From assembly GCA_040222735.1 (NCBI GenBank), contig JAVKCM010000069.1, positions 5,811 to 69,810 of the forward strand: DNA of 64,000 bases, read 5' to 3'. Shown one piece after another: positions 56,912 through 64,000 of this stretch. This DNA is from Fuerstiella sp. (GTDB taxonomy: Bacteria; Planctomycetota; Planctomycetia; Planctomycetales; Planctomycetaceae). Every line of letters starts with the position of its first letter. Position 1 is the stretch's first letter. The notes under the pieces are model-generated. The model ran no database searches, was not told the DNA's origin, and was given only the letters and a program-made list of their open reading frames with translations. A program made the position numbers and the translations under genes.

Positions 56912-57943
56912 TTACTCGTCGGTTTCCGACTGCAGTTCGGGATCCTGGCGAGCGTCTTCCTGATAGTAGAGTTTTGAAGGGATCAGGATTTCCGGTTCCA
57001 CATCTTCCCCGTCGAAATAATTCATGATCTGCTGGATTGTGGTGCGTCCGATCTGATCAGGAAACTGAATCGGGTCGCACAAAATCTTTCCTTCCAGAAT
57101 CGCCTGTTTGCCGGCCTTTTCGCCGTCGAACCCGATCAGGGTGATCTGATCCTGTTTGCTGGCTTCTTCCAGTGCAGAGCGAGCTCCCAGAGCCGATGGA
57201 TCGTTGATGGCGAAGATGGCAGACAGGTCGGGATTGGCCACCAGCGCGTCTTTGGTGACGGCGTACCCGGCTTCGCGCGACCCGCGTCCATCCAGCGTAG
57301 CGACCACTTCGATTTTCCCGCTGCCTTCCTTCGCATTGTGGGCATCGATCACTTCGGTGAAGCCCTGAACCCGCAGCAGGCAGGAGGACGCATCGGGTTT
57401 GTGAACAATCAGCACCTTGCCGCCGGAGGTTCCCAGCAGTTTCACCATGGCTTCGCCGGCCAGTCGACCTCCCTGAAGATTATCGGTGGCAATATGACAT
57501 TCCACCTTTCCTTCGTTGCCGTCGTAGCCAGTATCGTTGGTGAAGACCGGAATGCCGGCCTCGTTGGCTTTTTTGATGGCCTGGCCGATCGATCTGGGAT
57601 CGCAGGGTGTAATGACGATGGCCGCCACTTCCTTGACGATGAAGTCATCAATCTGGTTGGACTGTTTGCTGACATCGTCATCGCCGGAAACCACGACGAC
57701 GTCATAGCCATACTTCGCAGCCTCGTCCGTCATGCTGTCCCCGATGACCTTGAAGAAGGGGTTGGTCAGGGACATGGTGGTGTACCCGATCGTCCCTTTT
57801 GATTCGCCCGCATCGGTGGTTCCGGCTGCCGCGTCCGACGTGCTGTCGCCGCCGGAATTTTCGCTGGACGTATCAGCCGACGTACAGCCGGCGGCGAACA
57901 GCAACATCAACCAGAACTGAATTCCCAACCGGCGAAGATTCAT
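56912..57943 (-). CDS. Sugar ABC-type substrate-binding lipoprotein (RbsB-like)
   Basis: Lipobox FAAG-C, SLTNPFF, IATDNLQGGRLAGE, IFAINDPSALGA, IGFDG, QFPDQIG. Start placed at ATG 57943. Confidence 0.9.
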   Translation of the reverse strand: MNLRRLGIQFWLMLLFAAGCTSADTSSENSGGDSTSDAAAGTTDAGESKGTIGYTTMSLTNPFFKVIGDSMTDEAAKYGYDVVVVSGDDDVSKQSNQIDDFIVKEVAAIVITPCDPRSIGQAIKKANEAGIPVFTNDTGYDGNEGKVECHIATDNLQGGRLAGEAMVKLLGTSGGKVLIVHKPDASSCLLRVQGFTEVIDAHNAKEGSGKIEVVATLDGRGSREAGYAVTKDALVANPDLSAIFAINDPSALGARSALEEASKQDQITLIGFDGEKAGKQAILEGKILCDPIQFPDQIGRTTIQQIMNYFDGEDVEPEILIPSKLYYQEDARQDPELQSETDE

Positions 57944-58180
57944 ACCTCGGCACCTCTGCTGAACCATGTGGACGTCTGAAACACTTGTGTGGGAAAGCGC
58001 ATCAGAAAGAAATTGTCTGTCTGTGTGTCGTCTGCATCAAGGTATCAGGAAATCTGAGATTTTCCGCACTCCCTGCGGTTTTTACAGCCAGATTGCGAAA
58101 GAGCTGTTGTTGCTTCTCACAGTATGCTGCTGTCCGACATTCTGCACGACTGGGATCTTCCGGAATGCCAGCCGCCGATT

Positions 58181-59938
58181 CTACAGACGCGGCTTCGGCG
58201 GCGTGATCGGCGGCTTCCACGGATCGACGCCGGTGGCGTTGATCTTACGTTTGTACACGCTGTCCCCGCAGGTCACGTACAGGATATTGCGGTCCGGGCC
58301 GCCGAAGACGACGTTGCTGAGCCACGCATCCTTCGGTTTGCGAATAATAAAATGTACCCGCCCCGGCTGATCCAGCACCTGCAGGCCCAGCGATGTGGCG
58401 ACATAGGTGCGTCCTTCGGTGTCAACTGCCATGCCGTCCGCGCCGGACTGCAGATCATCGGTGACATGCAGCCAGCCATATTTCTGCCTGTGAGTCAGCG
58501 TGCCGTCCGGTTGAATGCGGAACGAATAGCAGAAACGTCCTCGTGTGTCTGAAACGGTCAGTGCGGTCTGATCGGGCGAGGTAATGACGCCATTGGGGAA
58601 CTCAATTCCTTCGTCGGCCAGCGTTCTGGTGCCGTCCGACGTGAAGTGCCAGACCCTGCGGGCCGTGGGTTCCGTGACATAACCGCTGCCATCCGCCAGC
58701 ACCACGATATCGTTGGCTTTGATGTCGGTCAGGAAGGTCTCACGCGTTCCCTGCATTGTATAACGAGCGACCTGCTGTCGATTTCCCTCACAGACGTACA
58801 GTTTGTCGTCGGGGCCCACCATCAGACCGTTGGCACCGCCGGAATCTTCCTGGACAATGCTGACTCTGCCGCTGCGGTCGACAAGGTGAATGCGATTGTT
58901 GGGGATATCGGTGAAGAAAATATGGCCGTTGGATGCCACCGCCGGACCCTCCGTAAACCGATGTCCGTCACTGACCAGCTGCCAGTCTTCTCCGTCCAGC
59001 AGCAGGTTGGTGCGACGTTCGCGGCCCGGCACATTGGTCACCGGTTCGGGATAGTCCCGCCAGAGCCAGCGCAGGGCCTCCGGAATAATGGCGGCTCCGT
59101 GCCTGCCGTTGTGCCCGCCTTCGCCCCACACATGGTTGACGTCGTAACCGGCAAACTGCAGTGCCGACAGCATCGACTGGTTGGCATGCCACCAGCTGCC
59201 GGCATAGATGTCCAGATCATTGCTGCCATCCTGCAGAAAGATGCGAATCGGTTTGGGCTCGGTCTTGCGAATCAGGACCGGATATTCATTGCCTCCCCGC
59301 AGACCGACGTAGGTTCCCACCGTGCTGAACACGCGTCGGAAGGCATCCGGTCGTTCCCACGCCGCGGTAAATGCACAGATGGCTCCTGAACTGCTGCCGG
59401 CGATACACCGATCGTCGGGATCACTGCTGAAACGCCAGCTGCGAGCCACATCGGGCAGCAGTTCTTCAATCAAAAATCGTGCATAGCGGTCGCCCATGGC
59501 ATCATATTCGAAACTGCGATTATACCGTGCCTGAGCATCATCGCCGGCGGCCGGCACGACGCCGGGTGAAACAAACACGCCAAGCTGCACGGGGACGTCG
59601 CCGCTGTGAATCATGTTGTCCAGTACGGTTGGCAGACGCCAGCCGCGAGCCTTTCCCAGTCCGTCCTGCACGACCATCAGACAGGGAGGCTGTTCCGGAT
59701 TGTACTGAGCCGGAACATACACCCAGTACTGTCGTACCGTGCCCGGAAAAAGCTGGCTGCGAAATTCATGGGGGCCGTGGACAGTACCTTTTGGCACACC
59801 CGCTTTTTCCACCGCTTCCGGGGGCGTTGGATAGTCCTCCTCCGGCTGCGCCACTGCGTCTGGCGGCGTGCTGAAGACCGTCAGCCCGGTCAGGAGCGTC
59901 AGTATCGTCGCGAGCCTGACCTTTATCGGATGGAACAT
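58181..59938 (-). CDS. Fusion of Fes-like alpha/beta esterase and SMP-30/gluconolactonase beta-propeller
   Basis: RQYWVYVPAQY, AGSSSGAICAF (GxSxG), LQDGSND, GEGGHNG, followed by FTEGPAV, GANGL, FPNGV..SPD, ADGMAVD, SNVVFGG. Confidence 0.88.
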   Translation of the reverse strand: MFHPIKVRLATILTLLTGLTVFSTPPDAVAQPEEDYPTPPEAVEKAGVPKGTVHGPHEFRSQLFPGTVRQYWVYVPAQYNPEQPPCLMVVQDGLGKARGWRLPTVLDNMIHSGDVPVQLGVFVSPGVVPAAGDDAQARYNRSFEYDAMGDRYARFLIEELLPDVARSWRFSSDPDDRCIAGSSSGAICAFTAAWERPDAFRRVFSTVGTYVGLRGGNEYPVLIRKTEPKPIRIFLQDGSNDLDIYAGSWWHANQSMLSALQFAGYDVNHVWGEGGHNGRHGAAIIPEALRWLWRDYPEPVTNVPGRERRTNLLLDGEDWQLVSDGHRFTEGPAVASNGHIFFTDIPNNRIHLVDRSGRVSIVQEDSGGANGLMVGPDDKLYVCEGNRQQVARYTMQGTRETFLTDIKANDIVVLADGSGYVTEPTARRVWHFTSDGTRTLADEGIEFPNGVITSPDQTALTVSDTRGRFCYSFRIQPDGTLTHRQKYGWLHVTDDLQSGADGMAVDTEGRTYVATSLGLQVLDQPGRVHFIIRKPKDAWLSNVVFGGPDRNILYVTCGDSVYKRKINATGVDPWKPPITPPKPRL

Positions 59939-59983
59939 GAATCAGCTTTCTGTAAACGGTTTTCAGACCTCAACTCTCAGATC

Positions 59984-60580
59984 TCAGCGGCGAATAACCT
60001 GCCATGGTTTGTCCACGGCGAACGGATCAAACAGACGCGCCAGGTTCTGTTCGGCCAGTTCTGATCCGGTGACGAAGCGTCCCGGACGCGTCCACGTCTG
60101 CAGCAGTTCGGCATCAACCGGAAACAGCCGCACCAGCAGCTCGTCCAGGTCGCCTTCCAGCTGCTTGAAATGTCGGGCCCATTCGGTCGCTTCTTCCAGC
60201 CGGACGTCTTCCTCAGACTGCCACCGCATGGGGTGAAACAACAGCGTACTTAGCGGCGTCACAAAACGCGTCTGGCAGGCGGCAAACGGAAACAACGCGG
60301 CTGACGAACACTCGCCGACAACGACGGCCGTGGCGTTCAGTTCCCGCGTGCGGATCAGCGTGGCCAGTGCCAGTCCGGCATAGACGCTGCCGCCCCCGGA
60401 ATCAAAGTAGATAACGCCGCGGCTGCGCGGCGGCACGTCGACCAGACGGGTCAGCAGATCCGACTGACGGTCGGCCAGATCGCCGTGCAGCGCCACTTCC
60501 CACGGGTGCCGATCTTCCTTCGGCCCGCCCGGCGGCAGTGAGGGGTATGGTCCCATTTTTCTGGATTGATCGCTGCTCAT
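59984..60580 (-). CDS. Atypical ClpP/crotonase-fold protease-like protein
   Basis: [25 protein letters not shown] (Ser), LLFHP (His). Start placed at ATG 60580 or 60556. Confidence 0.78.
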   Translation of the reverse strand: MSSDQSRKMGPYPSLPPGGPKEDRHPWEVALHGDLADRQSDLLTRLVDVPPRSRGVIYFDSGGGSVYAGLALATLIRTRELNATAVVVGECSSAALFPFAACQTRFVTPLSTLLFHPMRWQSEEDVRLEEATEWARHFKQLEGDLDELLVRLFPVDAELLQTWTRPGRFVTGSELAEQNLARLFDPFAVDKPWQVIRR

Positions 60581-60774
60581 GTTGTCGGCTCGAAGTTCTC
60601 TGATTCCCGGACGTGTCCACGGCACGCAGAATAGCCGGTTGATGCAGATGGTCAAAACCGATGGCCGGAATCCGGCAGCCACTTCGTCCACGTGTGACAA
60701 GGTGTGCGGATCTTTCTAAGGTGTGAGAACAAGAGTAAGGAATCCGGCCACCACCTTTGTGACGGGACTTTTTC

Positions 60775-62238
60775 ATGACCAGAAATTGCTGCTGCTTGCT
60801 GATTGCTGCCTTTGTGCTGGCGACCGTGGTCTGTGCTGCACCATGCTTTGCAGGCTCACGGCCGAATGTGGTGGTGATCCTGGTGGACGACATGGGCTAC
60901 GGAGATCCGGGGTGTTACAACGCTGCGTCCCGGATTCCCACACCACACATTGATTCGCTGGCTCGCGACGGAATGAAGTTCACCGATGCCCATGCTTCGG
61001 GACCGTTGTGCCATCTGTCCCGCTACGGTCTGATGACGGGGCGTTATCCGTTTCGAGCCCGTACCGGACGGTGGTCAACCGCGCCGACCATCGATGCCGA
61101 CCAGCCGACTATCGCCTCTTTCCTGAAGTCGGCCGGTTACCGTACCGCGATGGTCGGCAAGTGGCACCTTGGATTTGCTGAAAACGGCTACGACAAGCCG
61201 TTGCCTGGCGGTCCGGTGAACCGGGGCTTTGATTCGTTCTTCGGCATCCGCGCGTCGACGGATATTCCGCCTTATTTTTACATTCGAGGCGACAGGGCCG
61301 TCAGTCCGCCGACCGAACGCATCGAAGCGAACAGTACTCCGGGGTGGAGTCCGATTCAGGGGGAATTCTGGCGCGCGGGTGGAATAGCTCCGGACCTTCA
61401 GCTGAAGGACGTGCTGCCACGTTTTACCCGGGAAGCCGTCGCGGTCATCAGCGAGCACGCCGAACAACCAGAGGATTCCCGCCCGCCGCTGATGCTGTAT
61501 GTGGCCTATCCGGCGCCGCATACGCCGTGGCTGCCGTCCGATCAGTTCGCCGGCAGAAGCAAGGCCGGAATATATGGTGACTTTGCCATGATGGTGGACC
61601 ACAACGTCGGCCAGGTGCTGCAGGCACTGCAACACCATCATATGGACCAGGATACGCTGGTGATTTTTTCGTCCGACAACGGACCGGTCTGGTATGAAGA
61701 CGATGTTCAGAGATTCGGGCACGACAGCAGCGGGGGCCTGCGAGGCATGAAGTCGGATGCCTGGGAAGCCGGGCATCGGATGCCGTTTATTGTCCGCTGG
61801 CCCGGACACACGCCGGCTGGCACCACCTCGGACCGTTTGATTTCGTTCGTCGACGTGTTCGCCACTCTGGCAAGCCTGATCGGGACAGATCTGCCGAAGA
61901 ATGCCGCTCCGGACAGCTTCAGCTTTCTGGACGCCCTGCTTGGTCAGCCGCCATCGGACGGGGCCGGGCGGGGGCATCTGCTGGTCAAATCGGGCGGCGG
62001 ACTGATGACGGTTCGGGAAGGGGCATGGAAACTGATTCAGGGTCTCGGTTCCGGCGGCTTCTCGGTGCCCCGCAAGGTCAAACCGGAAGACGGAGAGCCC
62101 CCCGGTCAGCTCTACCATCTTCAGGACGATCCGGCGGAAACCGTCAACCTGTACGCGGACCATCCCGACGTCGTGACGCGTCTGACCCGGGTCGTGGCAG
62201 CCACAACCGCATCCCGCGGACACCGATTCGAGCCGTAG
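60775..62238 (+). CDS. Sulfatase (S1 family, arylsulfatase-like)
   Basis: RPNVVVILVDDMGYGD, LCHLSRYGLMTGRY, GKWHLG, FSSDNG, KSDAWEAGHRMPF, LYHLQDDPAET.NL. Confidence 0.94.
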   Translation: MTRNCCCLLIAAFVLATVVCAAPCFAGSRPNVVVILVDDMGYGDPGCYNAASRIPTPHIDSLARDGMKFTDAHASGPLCHLSRYGLMTGRYPFRARTGRWSTAPTIDADQPTIASFLKSAGYRTAMVGKWHLGFAENGYDKPLPGGPVNRGFDSFFGIRASTDIPPYFYIRGDRAVSPPTERIEANSTPGWSPIQGEFWRAGGIAPDLQLKDVLPRFTREAVAVISEHAEQPEDSRPPLMLYVAYPAPHTPWLPSDQFAGRSKAGIYGDFAMMVDHNVGQVLQALQHHHMDQDTLVIFSSDNGPVWYEDDVQRFGHDSSGGLRGMKSDAWEAGHRMPFIVRWPGHTPAGTTSDRLISFVDVFATLASLIGTDLPKNAAPDSFSFLDALLGQPPSDGAGRGHLLVKSGGGLMTVREGAWKLIQGLGSGGFSVPRKVKPEDGEPPGQLYHLQDDPAETVNLYADHPDVVTRLTRVVAATTASRGHRFEP

Positions 62239-62304
62239 CGGCCGTGTCCATATTTTTCACCATCGTCCATCCACAGACTGCCATCGGAAGAAGAGTTCAC
62301 GATC

Positions 62305-64000
62305 GTGGCGACTGTCGCAGAAGCCCTCAACACGGCCCTTCAGTATCATCAGGCCGGTCAGCTGCCGCAGGCCGAAGCCATTTATCGGCAGATCCTGAAT
62401 GTTCAGCCGACGCACGCCGCCGCACTGAACCTGATCGGCACCCTGTGCCTGCAGCAGCGGCGTATTGCTGAGGCGATTGATCTGCTAGAGCAGGCGGCCG
62501 TCGTGGCACCCGACAATGCCGACGGCCTGAACAATCTGGGCGGTGCGTATCAGGCGGCGGAAAGATGGCAGAATTCTGTCGCCGTCCTGCAGCGGGCGCT
62601 GACGCTGGCACCAGACAATCCCAAGTTTCACTTCGATCTGGGAAATGCCTTCAAGGCTCTGAAGCAACATCAGCAGGCTATCGACTGCTTTGAAACGGCC
62701 ATCCGGCTGAATCCGGTATTCATCCAGGCCATCCACAATCTCGGCACGACGCTGACAGCCGTCGGACGGCTGGACGAAGCCATTCAGCAACTGCGGACCG
62801 CGTTGAAAATCAGGCCGGACTATGCAAACGCGCAGAACGCCCTGGGCAATGCCCTGCTGGACAGCGGACGCGCGGAAGAAGCGGTGTCATGGCTGCAACA
62901 GGCCGTCGCACAGAAACCCGGAGAAGCGCGCTTCTGCTGTAATCTGGGAGTGGCTCAGAAGGCCGTGGGTGATCCGGAAGCCGCGTATCAGTCGTATTCC
63001 CGGGCGCTGCAGCTGCAGCCGGACATGCTGGAAGCGCGGAAGAACCTGGGAAATCTGTTCGTCAGTCAGCAGCGAACGGCTGACGCTGTGCGGGAATTCG
63101 AAGCGGCGTCAGCGCTGGCCCCCGACGATGTTGAAATGCTGCTGGCGATCGGTGACGGCTGCCGCGATCTGGAGGATTTCAATCGAGCTGAGTCAGTCTA
63201 CAGCCGGGCCGCGGCAAAGCAGCCGGAAGACGCATTGCTGGCCATCAGAAAAGCGTTTCTGTGTCCGTCGGTCTTTTCTTCGATCAGGGAAATCAGGGAG
63301 TATCGACGTGCGCTGCACCAGCGCGTCAGCGACTGTCCGGCGGTGCGACTGCGGCCGGCCGACGTTGAGTCGCGAGGACTGATGCCGCCCTTCGGGCTGA
63401 CCTATCACGGCCTGAATGACCGCCCGGTTCGAGAAGCCATCGCCAGCCTGTATCAGTCGTCGTTCAGCGAACCCGGTTTTGCGGATCGCCAGCCTTCAGC
63501 AACGAAGACGATAATCGGCTTTGTGGTGACCAACGGTCATGAAGGTATTTTTGCACGCTGTATGTCGGGGCTGCTGGACAGACTCGACCGGACACGATTT
63601 GACGTCTGGGTTGTGGCCCCCGCGGTCGCGGCCGCTTTTCTTCGCGGTAAACTCAGCAACGATCAGACCGGCTATCTGACGCTGCCGGATCGGTTTCACC
63701 GGATGATCGCTCCGCTGCAGCAGCTGCAGCCCGACCTGTTGTATTTCTGGGAATGCGGCACCGATCTGTTGAATTACTTTCTGCCTCTGGCACGTCTGGC
63801 CCCCGTGCAGTGCACCGGCTGGGGGCTTCCGGTGACGTCGGGGATTCCGGCCATGGATTATTTCCTGTCCAGCTCGCTGGTGGAACCGCCGGATGCCGCC
63901 GAACATTATTCAGAGCAGCTGCTGCTGGCCGACACGTTTCTGACGTGGCAGGAACCGATTGACCTGCCGCCGACGATGAAATCACGTTCGGACTTCGGTT
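62305..64000 (+). CDS. TPR-repeat GT41-family (SPINDLY/OGT/HMW1C-like) glycosyltransferase, 3'-truncated by the window edge; absent from the ORF track
   Basis: Translated by hand from GTG 62305: MATVAEALNTALQYHQAGQLPQAEAIYRQIL..., multiple TPRs, PFGLTYHGLNDR, DLLYFWECGTD, RLAPVQCTGWGLPVTSGIPAMDYFLS, HYSEQL. The frame is the same at the start, at 63001 and at 63721. Confidence 0.88.
   Translation, partial: MATVAEALNTALQYHQAGQLPQAEAIYRQILNVQPTHAAALNLIGTLCLQQRRIAEAIDLLEQAAVVAPDNADGLNNLGGAYQAAERWQNSVAVLQRALTLAPDNPKFHFDLGNAFKALKQHQQAIDCFETAIRLNPVFIQAIHNLGTTLTAVGRLDEAIQQLRTALKIRPDYANAQNALGNALLDSGRAEEAVSWLQQAVAQKPGEARFCCNLGVAQKAVGDPEAAYQSYSRALQLQPDMLEARKNLGNLFVSQQRTADAVREFEAASALAPDDVEMLLAIGDGCRDLEDFNRAESVYSRAAAKQPEDALLAIRKAFLCPSVFSSIREIREYRRALHQRVSDCPAVRLRPADVESRGLMPPFGLTYHGLNDRPVREAIASLYQSSFSEPGFADRQPSATKTIIGFVVTNGHEGIFARCMSGLLDRLDRTRFDVWVVAPAVAAAFLRGKLSNDQTGYLTLPDRFHRMIAPLQQLQPDLLYFWECGTDLLNYFLPLARLAPVQCTGWGLPVTSGIPAMDYFLSSSLVEPPDAAEHYSEQLLLADTFLTWQEPIDLPPTMKSRSDFG

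Noticed and set aside
1-64000. tRNA, rRNA, tmRNA, RNase P, transposase, integrase or prophage genes
   Set aside because: No diagnostic motifs were seen in any intergenic region or ORF.

Overview
High-GC chromosomal segment, almost certainly from a planctomycete. This is inferred from a LEPR-XLL-type signal motif, a DUF1559 fragment, a PSCyt1/DUF1549/DUF1553 + DUF1501 pair, three sulfatases, an ECF-Ser/Thr kinase pair and a groEL-groES-groEL-dnaJ-grpE cluster. From left to right it holds: the 3' part of a giant modular surface protein; a frameshifted LEPR-XLL/Ig/DUF1559 remnant; dxr-rseP; a Tat-exported intradiol dioxygenase-like gene; a secreted caspase-PDZ protein; a membrane-anchored HEAT-DUF900 hydrolase; FAD oxidoreductase, sulfatase, ThuA and aldo/keto reductase genes; hisI-hisG; cysC; thioredoxin-YHS and HEAT/TPR proteins; a chaperone cluster; a basic/acidic protein-ECF-kinase trio; DUF1553-DUF1501; an FlgI-like lipoprotein next to smc; several hydrolases; an atypical ClpP-like protein; and the 5' part of a TPR-GT41 glycosyltransferase that the ORF track missed. 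I saw no rRNA, tRNA, CRISPR array, transposase or integrase. Several different families of REP-like extragenic palindromes sit in the intergenic gaps. The most interesting leads are the orphan FlgI-like gene beside an SMC carrying large acidic insertions, the swappable-passenger architecture of the giant surface protein, the secreted caspase/DUF900 pair, the composite palindromic element upstream of dxr, and the charge-bipolar protein upstream of the ECF-kinase pair. All family assignments come from motif recognition by eye; no database searches were run.
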